From assembly GCF_009914755.1 (NCBI RefSeq), contig NC_060940.1: 64,000 bases of DNA. One strand, written 5' to 3'. Of the stretch, positions 14,806-33,365 are shown piece by piece. A program made the translations under genes and the position numbers. The DNA is from the human T2T-CHM13v2.0 reference genome, Homo sapiens. Within the stretch, counting starts at the first letter, position 1; every line of letters begins with the position of its first letter. The notes under the pieces were generated by a model that had not been told where the DNA came from, did not search any database, and saw only the letters and a program-made list of their open reading frames with translations.

Positions 14806-16507
14806 GCTTGTTTAAACATGTAGAAATGTTCTTGAAAACTATAAAGCTGTAACTACTTGTATTTATTATGTACTGAAACCTTCCTCACTTGACAAATGTT
14901 GAAAGTTAGTCTTTGCTTTTATAGAAACTTATTCTGCAATGTCTGCAAATTACCGTTTGTATGCCATTTATTTCAATAATTGTGGAGAAAAATGCTGGTA
15001 ATAAGGAGCCCTTTTTGTTTCATAGAATTCTAGTGAATATAAAGATAATGAGGGAAAATCTTCTAAATTTAATAAATAATTATGTTGAATGAAAATAATG
15101 CAGAGGTAGGTAAGGGATAGGGACATTAAACTTGAAGATATTTTGAGGCACACCAACATATTTTTATTTCATAATTCTGTAAGATATTTCATATAGGGAA
15201 AGGCTCACAAGATAAAATTACATAAAAAAGGAAATTATAAAACCACATATATGGTCTGTGAGAGAAAAGAGAAGGGAAATTTACTTTATTCTTTAGAAAA
15301 ATAGTTATTTTGATGTAATTAGTATTGACAGATTCATGGATTATGAGTGATTTCTATTTTCCCTTTTTTGTATTTTTAAATAAAGGTATATTTATTTTTT
15401 GATATCATCCATAATGAAAATATATTAACTTTGTCCTAAAGTACCTTAATAATTTTCTGCAAAGCTTTTAATACTAGTCAGCAGCCAACAAGATAACTTG
15501 ACATGAATTCATTCCAAAAACCCAGAGTCATCAAGGAAAAATGTTTCCCAGTGAACATGGCCAAGGGAAAACACTATTAAAATTTTCTTCGTAATTACAC
15601 ACAGAATCCAGTCAGTACAGTGAAGACAACTTGTAGAAGCCCGAGGCTATGTCCACACAATCTGGTTTCCAGGTAATTTTTCAACTGTTTTCCCATTTTC
15701 AAATATATACATTTTACATGTAGATCCTGACTATTCACTCTTATGGGGAAAATGAAACTAAAATTTGTGAACTGGATTGCATTGCTTTAGGATAGTTCCC
15801 CCACGTAGGGCAAGCACAACCTTTCTAACATAAAATGAAAAAAGCTGTCCAGTTAAATTTCAGCAAAGACAGACCACAGAAGGGTTACGAACGTCTCTTT
15901 GTAGTGCTTTTGGCAAAAAATATTTCAGATTAAAAAAAAAAATCAAAAGCAGAATAAAAAGAAATGTGGTGCTTTCTTTGGGAGATATAGAAAGGTATTT
16001 TTATCTAAATGGATAAAATATATTGTCAAATAGAAAATACATATTTCTCTGAGCGTTTATGCAAGAAAATTGAAAGAGTAAATGAGAAGTCAAAGTCATC
16101 GCAAATAAGAAGGAGACCATTCACTTGAAAAATGTTAATGGAGGTAAAATGTATGGAATATATCAAAAATTCGTCTGCAAATTGACAAGCAGAGCTGACA
16201 AAATATAGGCAGATGCCCATTAAGGTGCCAAACATTGAAAATGCTAGAAAAAGTACCTATCAGGGAACCAAGATTATTTTCAATGGAGCTAAAATGAAAG
16301 CTTCTGAGTGGCATTTACCATGCAAAATATCTCTTAAATATTGTCACAGTAGGAAATTGTTCTATCAAAATAGAAGGTTTTTGTTTTTTAATATTGCCTT
16401 TAGAGCCCTCTAATGGCCTTGGGAATTTATGAGGTTAGATCTCTCTAGTCAGGGCTTAGAATTATTTTAGAGCACTCTTGCTAACTAGTTAACCTACTTC
16501 TATTTTT

Positions 16508-17030
16508 AGTCATTCTTTAATGCAACAAATGTTTACAAAGCAACCACTCCGTCAGTTATTATGATGACTCTAAAAATATAGGTGATAAACAAAACACAAT
16601 TTTATCTTTTCTTACAGAGCTAGCAAGGAAAAAAATATATAATAATGTAATAATTACTTATTTCATAATTACTGACATGTTGATGTGAAGAAGTGCATGA
16701 AGCATTTGGTAAAATTTTGAGATTCAGGGAAAACTTCCTGAAGAAAGAGGCCTATGAATTGAGATTGGAGGTATAAATAGCAGTTAACTAAGCAAAGAAA
16801 ACAACTGGGGTGATGGGTTGCTCTAGGCAGAGGAAATGTGAAGATGCTAAATCAGGAAGAAGTGAATGTGTTGTAGAGATATAAAGAAATGCAATATGAA
16901 AGCAAGAAGACAGAAAGAGAAGGGAGCTGCATGATGGTGAAGAGGGAGGTGGAGTTCAACCACAGTTGAGGAGTACATGTTTTATGCTGTGTGCACTGAA
17001 ATCAGAATGATTAAACATGTTTGCAAAAGA
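16508..17030 (-). mobile_element. L2 fragment
   Basis: 'cattctttaatgcaacaaatgttt', 'gggaaaacttcctgaagaa', 'ctaggcagaggaaa'. Confidence 0.6.
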
Positions 17031-17247
17031 TAAAATTATGGAGGTTATCATATAATAATAACAATGATTGAGCACTAAGTAATTTTGCATATCTTATCTC
17101 ATTTAATGAGTTGACGCCCATTAAGCTGGAGAAAATAAGTTGTGGCTTATTTTACTTACTCTTACAAAGTCCCAAATAATGTTCTGTATTTCCTAAGCAT
17201 ATTTCTTTTTTTTTTTAAAGCATATTTCATTCTTTCTTCTTGGATAT

Positions 17248-17321
17248 TGTTTTTCTTTCTTTCTTTTGTCTGTTTTGAGACAGAGTTTCGTTCTTGTTGC
17301 CCAGGCTGGAGTGCAATGACA
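17248..17321 (-). mobile_element. Alu 3' stub (Sp/Sq-like)
   Basis: 'ttttgagacagagtttcgttcttgttgcccaggctggagtgcaatg' then abrupt end. Confidence 0.85.
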
Positions 17322-20267
17322 CTCATTTTATTCTACAATTTATATATTCTTCAAAATTGTTTTGAGTTTATATAATGAGTTTCCTATTTAAACTCACAGG
17401 TAGTTGGGGTTTTTCTTTCGGAATGTGAATCTATTTTAAAACCTTCTTAAAACATGGTTGTGTACAGATGAATATGATGCATGAAGCCACTTGACATGGG
17501 CAGAAGGATAGCCTCTGATAATAATCTGGCCACAGAACCTTTCTAGTCTTGGTTTTCATTGAACCTGCTGAGTCTAGTTCCAGGAGCATCTTGAGAAGAA
17601 ATCCTATCTATTCTGCCAAAATGTGTCTCAGTGTTTGGAAACCTGCAAGCACGCATGGCTACCACCCTCATTTTTATGTTGGACCCATTTGAGGAGTAAA
17701 ATTCATTGCTCCTCAAGGAATCTGCAAGAGCACTAACTCACTGTGGTTCCTCAGGCTCCTGGCACAACCCAGATTCTCATGAGTGATCACCTTAAATTAT
17801 GTTGTGAAGGGACTTGTGATTAAATGAATGAGCACCGGAGTTTGACTACAGTAAATCAGCAAATAATCACAGGCATGGAAAAATATATGAGTGCAATTTC
17901 ACAATGTCTCATATATCTGCATTCGCCTTGGCAGGCTTTGATACTCCCTGCATTGAACTAGAAGTCATCTTTTATACCTAAGTCATGGGGACAGGAATAT
18001 TCAACTTTGTTTACTCTTGTAACCACTTATACCATAGTTCCCACAACTTCTCGCTTCAGATGCTTCTGATGTACCTTGAGAGCCCTTCATATATCACTTT
18101 TATAAGGTTTTGTTCTATGAAAGATTGCCTAAATTTTTAATATTAAGGTCGTATTTTGCAGATACTATTTTTTAAACATGAAAAATTTTTGATATGGATA
18201 TACTTCTTTTAGAAAAAATCATTTATTCATTTGACAAGCTAATTATCTTTTGTACAATTTTAGGACTAAATTCTATGTGAAGAATTCCATTAAAAAAGAG
18301 TAGTTTGTATAGATGATGCCATTTCTATTCCTTAACTATATTTCATTAGTCCATTTTATTTTACCAGGATAAAAAGTTTTAAGACATGTGCTAACCTCAA
18401 AGCTATGGACTAGTTCACTGAAAATAATCAGTTGCCTTACTTATAAGTGCTCATTTAATAAACCCATGAGTATCTTCATGTTTTGTTAACCTCACTTGAA
18501 TAAACAGAACTCAAAACTGACTCTACATTAAGGCTCTGCAGCTCCTTAAATTTATTTGAGAATATTGGCACAAATGTTTATGACTTCTGTGTCGAAAAAT
18601 GGGCAAGGAAGAGTCCTCACCTCACTGGTATTCCCTCCTAAAGTCAATGTTGTTGAGACAAGTTAATGAGAAAATCACAGACCATTGTCTTAGTCATGGT
18701 AGGATATTTGCAAGATTGCTGCTGTCCTCCAAGAATTCCCTAGAATTGCGTGTATTTTTCGTAATGAGAGATGGTCTTTGAAGATTTTTAAAAGATATCT
18801 TTGCAGTTTATGGAGATATATATATATATATATATATATAAAATTTCCAGGAATAATATATATCTTTTCTTTCTCTTCTGCAACACTGCTGCTACAAATG
18901 TAGATCCTCAAACATTTGATTTTGTACGAAGACACGTGGTCACCACTACCACATTTAGAAGGCAATTTGGCAATTGGAGATCCTCTGGGTTTTGTTTTAT
19001 TTTGTTTCTGTTCTCATTATTGCTTCTTCATTTCAAATGCAGTATTTAATGATTGTCATATATAATTTCAAATTTAGTTTTAAATTTGGAAAAGTGAAAT
19101 TTTATTCTATAATTTATATATCCTTCAAAATTGTTTTGAGTATATGTAATGTGCAAGGAACTTTGCTAGCACTCAAGATGCTACAAGTATATGAGACAGA
19201 TCTTTGTATCACACAGATCTGTGAAACATCTAAGCCCTACTTCCTAAGGAGAAGAAAGATTAGTAACTGAAATGTTTACAAAGTAATATGTGCTTTAAGA
19301 CATATACAAATCTGAAGATGTAGAAATTATTTTCTTCAATGGATGCTCAGAAATGTCCTCATGCAGGTAGCCATTTGAACTTGCTCATAAAGAAAGGTAG
19401 GGTTTGTGTCTGTGAGTGGGAAATTGATGTAGCTCAAGTGAAGGGCAAAGACATGTAAAAAGAGATGGAGGATGGAAAGAATGGAATAATCAAAGAATTT
19501 GTTTTATATGAATCAAGTGCCTAGGGTTATGAGATCCTTCAAGGGCAGCAAAGGGGAAGGGAGATTTTCTTTAAAAATTGAATTTCTGAATAATGAAATG
19601 CTAGTTTTGACTGCAAAGCTCTGACCACTCTCTCTTCGACTTTCAATCTGACCACTCACTCTTCTACTTTAAATCATTGGTGGTCTCCATAGACACACAA
19701 GTTGTCTGAAAACAGATTGGAATAAAGAGACAATGAAAGCCATAGAAATAGAAGTGATAGAAGGGCTAATTAGGGGCTATTCTAAGTTAAAAACTAGAGA
19801 TCATGGGAGGTTAAAATAGAAAGTTCGAAATAGAAATAGGGGACCCATAATAACCTGTAGATTATTGTAGCAACAATGATACGGGTTTACATGACTTGTT
19901 TGTAAATCGGGCCCTTTCTCCATGTTGTAACACATATCCAATGATGATGCTGAAGATCAGAACATAGGTCACAGGAGCAAAATACATTCTGTTTAATACA
20001 AATTATAAAGTTGGAAAGAACAATAATATTAAGAAGTCAAAGAGATTAACCTAGTTTTGACATTAGACTTAAAAACGTCTGTAGGATTTCATTTATGTGT
20101 AACCTTTAAACAGATAATCAGAAACTAGAACACATGGTGGAAAAATAATAAAGACATAGATTGAGGAGTCACTTGGGCAGTTTAGTTAAGTAAAGCTATT
20201 AGAATGGATAGGATGCATGATAACCTACTCTATAGAGTAGAGTAGAAAAGCCAGACTATAACTAGGA

Positions 20268-24340
<4,073 letters not shown>

Positions 24341-25499
24341 AAGACAGGGAGAGAGATTAAGAGAGTTCATGAAAGTAGATGTGTTCCAGGAAGTCTCGTG
24401 CCACTAAGCAGAGATAAGACACCATTTCAAGAAGAAAGAGGTAAACCACTGCATGGAATATTGAAGGAAAATTAACATACTATGAGAGGAATGATTGATA
24501 AATTTAACACCAAGTAGTAAAGCTGCTACTATCATGAAACTCTTCTTTAGGGCAGCTGAGTAGGTTGGCTTTCCAGGTGAGAAAACCACCAAGTGAAAGG
24601 TGTTCAAGTAAATTAATAAAAAGTTTCTATTGCTTCAGTTCTATATATTGCTTTTAACCATTTTCAACATACTGAATTATTAATCACTTGGAACCCAGGT
24701 GAGGTTCATTTGTGTGAATTTGTATGGGTGGCTAACAGCACAGACAGTTTCACCACCTGGGGAAAGTAGAAGGACAGCATAGCCTGCACTTTCCAGTTGG
24801 CAAAATCTGGAGGAACAGAGGAAAAGAACTGCTGGCAGTGGGCATGGGAAAACTCTGCCAGTTCTTTGGTTGCACAGTTGAAAACTCCATGTGCTTCCTG
24901 TCACACAGCAATATTTTCACACCTCTTGTGCCATTAATTAAGTTTTCTTTATCCTCCTGAATTCAGAGAAGAGACCCCCATCATTGAACGTTGAGATCCA
25001 TTTATCATGGGGGCAAGCATGGGATATATTCAATATTGGATGGTTTTTCCATTATCATTTCTGCACAGTAGAGCTGAGTTAGGTGTGAAACATCACATAT
25101 ATTTGCTAAAGCAGTTGATCTTGTCAGAGAGCTAAACCTTTTGGGAATAATCATTCAGACCATCTGTCTAAGACTGGGTCATAAATTGCATACTTTTATT
25201 TCCATAGAATTTTATTCTGTAGCATTAGTACGAGTTGAATAGTTATTAACAGACTGTGACTTGAATAAATGAATTCTACTATATGTCAACAGCACTGTGG
25301 AATTTCAAAATTATAGCCTGAATAGGTATATATATATATATATATAAAATAGTTTATGTCAAATATGGACATTGTATGTAGTCATCATTTAAGTTGGTTA
25401 CCTAGTCAAAGAAATTACCAATAACAAGTAGAATTTACTTTTGGTTAGTTCTTTGTTGTTTCTCTCTTTTCTAAATGGGCAATTTATGTCTTGTGTTGT

Positions 25500-26185
25500 T
25501 TTTATTTTTTTTACTTTGAAATAATTATTGATTCACAGAAAGATTTGAGAAAATATACAGAGAGGTCTTAGGTACCCTTTGCCTAGGGGACACATCTTGC
25601 AATGCTGTAGTACAATATCTAAACCAGGAATTTTATACTCATAATCCAAAGAACTTATTCAGATTTCAACAGTTTTACATGCACTTGCATGTTTGGGTGT
25701 GTATTTCTACAGAATTTGATTGCGTGTGTTGATTCCTGCAACTACCAGCACAATCCAGACGCGCAACTCTTCCATCACACTTACCAGCCTTCTGCTACCC
25801 TTTTTTAGGCACACCCACTCCCCTCCCGCATTCACAACCCCTGGAAATCATTCATTGCTTCTCCATCGCTATAACTTTGTTATTTCAAGATGAAAATATA
25901 TATGCTTTCATCAAAACCTGTAGAACGTAACATCACAAAGCGAGATCATTGATATATACAAATTAAAAAAATATTTACAAGGTTAGAGAACTGCAGAATA
26001 AAATGAAAAATTTAACAAAAATATCTAATTGAACTAAAAGTATATGAGAAACCTCACTAAAGGAAGCAGTTAAAAAAGATGCTGGCCTAAGTAATTTTGT
26101 AAATGAGTGGAATATATATATATATATTCTCCATTATGTAACCTATTTAGATTGGCTTCTTTCACTCAGCATAAATCCTTTGACA
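25500..26185 (-). mobile_element. Old L1M (L1MC/MD-like) 3' end, interrupted at about 25893-26125
   Basis: 'tttactttgaaataattat..agatttcaacagttttacatgcact..tttgttatttcaaga' resumes 'tatgtaacc..ttggcttctttcactcagcata'. Confidence 0.7.
25902..26113 (+). mobile_element. L1MC 3'UTR segment homologous to 22276-22790
   Basis: Shared 'aaacctcactaaag' and 'tgctggcctaagt' blocks in colinear order. Confidence 0.75.
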
Positions 26186-27243
26186 TTATTTTTTAATTAA
26201 ACATATAGTAACAAATCTCAACTCATTATCAAAATCCCTTAAGTCACTTTAAAATTAGATTTCTGAGCCCAGACAGCAAGGATTTTGGAGATGAAGAATG
26301 TGATTTCAGCATCTATTGGCTGAGGATCTCTATGTGTATGAGAAGACTAGACTCTTAAGGTGGGAAGCTTGAAATTTCCTCTGAAGATAATTTATCTTAG
26401 TCTCTACTTCCTAAATATTTGTGTTAGGGAGCAAGGTGTCAGGCCTGGGCTTTTAAAGGCTGAGGCAGCTGGTGATGAGGGCCAGTGGCATACTGTTGCT
26501 GGGTCAAAACAGGATGGTAATGGCCAGAATACCACAATAAGATGATAAGAGTTGAACAGAATGACATGCTCTTGCATTTGACCTGGCTCTACCCTGTCTC
26601 ACCAGTTCCTTTTCCTTGTCTCTTCCTAGCTTCACATGAGTAGCTAGAGATAGGCCAGAGGTCAGCATGCTTCAAGCTGGCCTGTGCTACATGGAAAGAG
26701 TAGATGACAAATTTATTCACTGATTCCAAGCCCACACTAGAGGTCTGGTCCACTTGACATAAATCAATTTTTATTATTCCAAAAGTCAAAAGGAATATGG
26801 GGAAAGGGGGAAAGCATTATATAAAAAAGACTAGCATATATAATATATACTAAGTTATCCTCTAGGTATCTACAAGGAGAATGAGGCATACAATTTTTTT
26901 TTAAATTCAGGTGAAGCCCCTATTCTCTAAGAAGAAGCAGACAAAAGAAGCAAAGTCTATTTGTGTCTAAAATATTTGCCACTTACCAAGGGATACTCTG
27001 TAAGTATAATCTTGAGAGGGAGAAACCATATTACTTTTGTATAACTAGTGCATTCTAGAACCTAGCATAGTGCTTGGTCCATAGTATATGTTAATATCGA
27101 TCATATAAATAACATTATGAGGTAGTAATTATCTCCCTTTTATGGTAGAGGAACAAAAGAAAATTGATTAGTATTCATTTATCTGAATGCCTTTCTTAGT
27201 CACCATCTAGACTTATCTGAAATCCATGAAGTATAATCAGAAT

Positions 27244-28060
27244 ACAGCTGTTTCTCTATATTCACTGGGTTCTATTTCTAGGGTTACCCGCAGATAACAA
27301 TATGTGTATTTGTATGCTTAAGTCCCTTATATAAAATGGCATAGTATTTGCACATAACCTATGCACATTCTATTGTATGCTTTGAACCAGCATTCCCCTA
27401 CCTTTTTGGCACCAATGACCAGTTTCACGGACCAGGTGGCAGTAGATGATTTCTGGATGATTCAAGAGCATTACATTTATTGTGTGCTTTATTTCTATTA
27501 TTATTACTACATTTTAATATATAATGAAATAATTATATAGCTCACCATAATGTAGAATCAGTGGGAAACCTGAGCTTGTTTTCCTGCAACTAGTTGATCC
27601 CATCTGGGGGGGATGGGAGACAGTGACAGATCATCAGACATTAAATTCTCGTAAGGGATATGCAACCTAGATCCCTCACATGTGCAGTTCATAATAGGAT
27701 TGTGCTCCTATGAGAATCTAATGCTGCCGTTGATCTGACAGGAGGTGGAGCAGAGGTGGTAATGTGAGTGATGGGGAGTGGCTGTAAATACAGATGAAGC
27801 TTCACTGATTCACCAGCCCCCTTACCTCCTGCTGTGCAGCTTGGTTCCTAACAGGTGGGTACTGGTCCTTGGGCCAGGGATTGGGGACCCCTGCTTTAAA
27901 CTATTTCTAGATTACTTATAAAACCTAAATACAATGTGAATGCTGTATAAATAATTGTTATACTGTATTATTATGCACATTATTTTTATTGTTGTATTGC
28001 CATTTTTTATTTTTTATTTCGTATATTTTTGATCCAAGGTTGGTTGAATTCATGGATGCT
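27244..28060. mobile_element. MER2 (TcMar-Tigger) split by MER1A
   Basis: 'gcttaagtcccttatataaaatggcatagtatttgcacataacctatgcaca'...'ctagattacttataa..tacaatgt'; homologous to 57987-58321. Confidence 0.85.
27388..27893. mobile_element. MER1A (hAT-Charlie)
   Basis: Termini cag..cccctacctttttggcacca / ttggggacccctg; 8-bp TSD ctttgaac (27380-87) / ctttaaac (27894-901). Confidence 0.9.
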
Positions 28061-28313
28061 GATTGTATTTAGAACTCCTCTTGAGTTACAGTTATTATTA
28101 CAAGTGACACCAAATATAAGACATGCATGTCCTGGAATAGCAATGGAACAAGGCTTTGGGAACACTGCTCTAAGCAGGCCTTTCTATGAGAATGTGAGCC
28201 ACTTAATGAAGGAGGAAATACTTCATCTTCTTGTTACTCTCACTGACTAACGTGTGGACTGGTACACAGTGAGTTGTAAATAAAATGTGCTGTCCTGATT
28301 TGAATTGTTCTAA

Positions 28314-28685
<372 letters not shown>

Positions 28686-30733
28686 TGATTTCATTAGTTT
28701 CCTTTCCTCCTTCATATTTTCACTGTGTCCTCGAGGATGAATTTATAGATTTTTCCAGAGGACCACTTTTCCAAAAAATGTTTATAAATCACTACATCTC
28801 ATATTAGAAATTTAAAACGAAAATCTATTTCTGTGGATAGCAATTAATTAATCCCTCTTACCCGTCCACAAGATCACAAATTTAATAAGTGGTGACAATG
28901 CAAACATGAATTCTTGAGGCATTAGTGACATAAGCCAGTCATTAGAATTCTATTTCATATTTTTTTCTAGATAAGAGAGATAAAATATCTCATACTGGGG
29001 AGGAGTGTTAGGCGTCTTTTTTGTTGTTATCCACTGATTTGGATCTGTACTAATTCTGAGTAAGGGTCAAGCATTCATTAACAATTTGAAATGTACCTTT
29101 TAAATTATTTTATGAGTTTATAGATTGGTGTAAGTCATATTTATGTCATGTTAAAAGGAGGGTGCTTGTTGATATAAAGAGAAAAATTAATATACAAAAA
29201 AGTAATTTTAGCATCCTGCTATAGTGTAGAGACCTCCACTGAATAAATCCCCCACAGATATAGTATCTTAAGTTATATCTTAGAAACTGCGTGGTAAACA
29301 TGATCACAATTGCTATTGCTTTTTAGGAGAATATGAGCACGTAATTTTATGAGACTACTTTCGTGCATCATTAATTTTAATGGAGCTCTGCATAGAGAAA
29401 TATTTTTTAGGTATTACATAATGCATAGCAAGACCTATGATTCCTAAATAATACAGATAATATTATTTTCCATATAGGAATTAATAAAGAATTCTACATT
29501 ATGATTTTAGTTGTTTCTGGCATCAAATCCCCCTCACTACCACCACCAACAGCTTTCCTATCAAGCCCAAAGTACAAAATTCATATACCGTTTTGTTTCT
29601 TTTTTCTCAAAGAAAACACATCTCAGAGCTAGGGCATAATAAAAATGATTCATTATTAGGAGATTACAAGTGAGTTCTGTGTGATTAGTTATTTCATTGT
29701 TGAGGGAAAATTCATTCAGTTAACATTAAAAGAGATAATTGATTTAATTCCTTAGAAAAGGTAAGGAAACTTTAAAACATCAATTTAGGACATATAACTT
29801 AAGGAGAGTGAGTTTGTGAAAGTGCCGTGAGAAAGCAGACCACTGGATTGATCATACAAGCTTCTCAAAATAAAAAATTCAGAAGTTAACCTATGCATCT
29901 ATAATATATGAACAGCATTACATAGTGAGGTCGGTCATGGCAATGGGTCAGTTTTTGTAGGTTTGAGTCAGATGTTAATATGTTATCACTGCAGACTGGG
30001 GACTTATATTTAATTTGATGCCTCATGTTCAGAAAAGAGTGCTGTGTATTGGCATTTGACCATATCTGTCAAGTTTCTAGACAGGAAAATTGAAACATAT
30101 TAGCTTTATTCATGTATAGTTAAGTAACTAGCAAGAACCTCCCTTCTATTGCTTTTTCTCCAAATTTGAAGACAAAAGGCACCTGAGTCTTATGGAATAA
30201 TCTCATTTTTCCTATTTTTTTCATAAGAAATTATTCTTGTTTTCCTAACTCACTTGGATAGTAATACCAAGGAATTAGTCCTTATTCTACTTCCAATCCA
30301 TTCATTTGCTTCCAAGTAGCTTCTCAGATGAGGAGGGGTAAAATAGATCAAGAAGGAATAGACAGGAGATCACATTTGTCTGGTACAACTTATCTTAACT
30401 GTTCCTCCTTTTGTAAATTATCTCCTCTTCCTTCTGAATAAATATGGTTTCCTTGTTGTAGTCCTCAGTAAACAAAGTCACTTTCTAATTTGTCTTAAAG
30501 TTACATCCAAGCAGGGAAAATAAGTTCTAGAGTTTTTAAATACGTTCTCAGTCTCCATTCTAGACCTTCACCATAGTCTTAACAATAAGATAATTCATAT
30601 TAAAGCAAGCACATATGTTTCCATACATATAGCCTTTATTTTGTGATGTTGATTGAAAAATCACTTCTTTATTTTAAATACTCTCAGGTGCCAAAACTAG
30701 AAAATTGGAAGGTTATGACATTTACAAGTGATT

Positions 30734-31038
30734 TTATTTTTATTTATTTATTTATTTTGAGATGGAGTCTTGCTCTGTTGCCCAGGCTGGAGTGCAGTGG
30801 TGTGATCTCGGTGCACCACAACCTCTGCCTCCTAGGTTCAAGCTATTCTCCTGCCTTAGCCTCCTGAGTAACTGGGACTACAAGTGCATGCCACCATGAC
30901 TGGCGAATTTTTGTATTTTTAGTAGAGACAAAGTTTCACTATGTTGGACAAGCTGGTCTCAAACTCCTGACCTTGTGATCCACCCACCTTGGCCTTCCAA
31001 AGTGCTGGGATTACAGGGGTGAGACACTGCACCCAGCC
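30734..31038 (-). mobile_element. AluS (Sc/Sg-like)
   Basis: Full Alu; TSD acaagtgatt (30724-33) / acgagtgatt (31039-48). Confidence 0.95.
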
Positions 31039-31376
31039 ACGAGTGATTATTTAGACATGTTAAGGTAATTCTATCCTACCTGTCTTCTCTTTTTTATTAA
31101 AATATTTTCAGTGTCTCATTATCAACATTAGCTTAAGTAAAAGGGTTTAATAAATATTAGCCCCAAATTACGTCCTGCCCTTGTCATCATTTTATGAATT
31201 TATTTTGCTTAATCCTCAAATCTCTATAAGATAAATATTATTATTAACTTTTCTAACTGAAGGTTTGTTTGCAAATATGGTCACAAACCCTCTCATTGTA
31301 TCCTCTGAGCAGCCACATTTTGGTATTGTGACTTCCTATGCAGATTCTGGGCTTGATCCTGTTATTTGCTCTGGCC

Positions 31377-32899
31377 AAAAAAACTACTTTAAATTTCATA
31401 TGGATCCAAAAAAAGAGCCTGTATAGCCAAGACAATCCTAAGTAAAAGGAACAAAACTGGGGACATCACGCTACCTGACTTCAAACTACACTGCTAGGCT
31501 ACAGCAGCCAAAACAGCATGGTACTGGTACCAAAACAGATATATAGACCAGTGGAACAGAACAGAGGCCTCAGAAATAGCACCACACATCTACAACAATC
31601 TGATCTTTGACAAACCTGACAAAAACAAGCAATGGGGAAAGGATTCCCTATTTAATAAACGATGTTGGGAAAACTGGCTAGCCATATGCCAAAAACTGAA
31701 ACTGGATCCCTTCCTTATACCTTATACAAAATTAACTCAAGATGGATTAAAGACTTAAACTTAAACCTAAAACCATAAAAACCCTAGAAGAAAACCTAGG
31801 TAATACCATTCAGGACATAGGCATGGGCAAAGACTTCATGACTAAAACATCAAAAACAATGGCAACAAAAGCCAAAATTGACAAATGTGATCTAATTAAA
31901 CTAAAGAGCTTCTGCACAGCAAAAGAAACTACTATCATAGTGAACAGGCAACCTACAGAATGGGAGAAAATTTTTGCAATCTATCCATCTGATAAAGGGC
32001 TAATATCCAGAACCTACAAAGAACTTAACAAATTTACAGGAAAAAAACAACCCCATCAAAAAGTGGGCGAAGGATATGAACAGACACTTTTCAAAAGAAG
32101 ACATTTTTGCAGCCAACAAACATATGAAAAAAAGTTCATAATCACTGGTCATTAGAGAAATGCAAATCAAAACCACAATGAGATACCATCTCACAGCATT
32201 TAGAATGGCAATCATTAAAATGTCAGGAAACAACTGATGCTGGAGAGGATGTGGAGAAATAGGAACGTTTTTACACTGTTGGTGGGAGTGTAAATTAGTT
32301 CAACCATTGTGGAAGACAGTGTGGTGATTCCTCAAGGTTCTAGAACCAGAAATACCATTTGACCCAGCCATCCCATTACTGGGTATATACCCAAAGGATT
32401 ATAAATCATTCTACTATGAAGACAATGAAGACACATGCACATGTGTGTTTATGGCAGCACTATTCACAATAGCAAAGACTTGGAATCAACCCAAATGCCC
32501 ATCAATAACAGACTGGATAAAGAAAATATGGCACATATAAACCATGCAATACTATGCAGCCATAAAAAAGGATGAGTTCATGTCCTTTGCAGCGACATGG
32601 ATGACGCTGGAAACCGTCACTCTCAGCAAACTAACACGGGGACAGAAAACCAAACACCACATGTTCTCACTCATAAGTGGGAGTTGAACAATGAGAACAC
32701 ACGGACACAGGGAGGGAACATCACACGCCGGGGCCTGTCAGAGGGCAGGGGGCTAGAGGCGGAATAGCATTAGGTGAAATACCTAATGTAGGTGATGGAT
32801 TGATGGCCGTCGCAAAACACTATAGCACGTGTATACCTATGTAACAAACCTGCACGTTCTGCACATGTATCCCAGAACTCAAAGTATAATAAAAAAAAA
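31377..32899 (+). mobile_element. 5'-truncated L1PA (PA6-PA8-like), about 1.5 kb, disrupted ORF2 C-terminus
   Basis: ORF 31823 '[27 protein letters not shown]'; L1PA 3'UTR and A tail. Confidence 0.95.
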
Positions 32900-33199
32900 T
32901 CTGAGCCACCTCAGAATGATGTTACTGGACTCTAACAGAGGTCATAGATCCAAGGTTAATTTTTGCCTATTTTTATATTATGGATATAAAACTGTGTTTT
33001 TGGAATTATTTTTTGATACAGAATATCTATCACAATGACATGATAGATCTTGAAGATATGGAAAATGAATAATGACATGCATAAATGTTTCTGTACTGTT
33101 AGACTCCTACATTGCTTCTAAATTATCAACTGTTAGCAAAAGTTGAGGTAGATATCACAAAACTGACATCTAGTCTAGTAATCTGCTACCTATTAATTA

Positions 33200-33365
33200 A
33201 GTTTTAACATTAGCAACAGCCATATAAGGTAGTTATGACTTAGATATTATAGGCGAGGAGATTGAGGCTCAGGAAGGGAAGTAATTTTTTTCATTAATGA
33301 AATTTATAAACAATAAAATCAAAATTCAAGCTCTTCTGACTCAAAAGCACATGTTATTAAGCATC
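33200..33365. mobile_element. MIR fragment
   Basis: 'gaggagattgaggctcaggaagggaagtaatt..tctgactcaaaagc'. Confidence 0.55.

Noticed and set aside
18870-18990. Coding-looking island (NVDPQTFDFVRRHVV / LYEDTWSPLPHLEG)
   Set aside because: No recognisable protein and no canonical donor; the ORF starts in a (TA)n repeat
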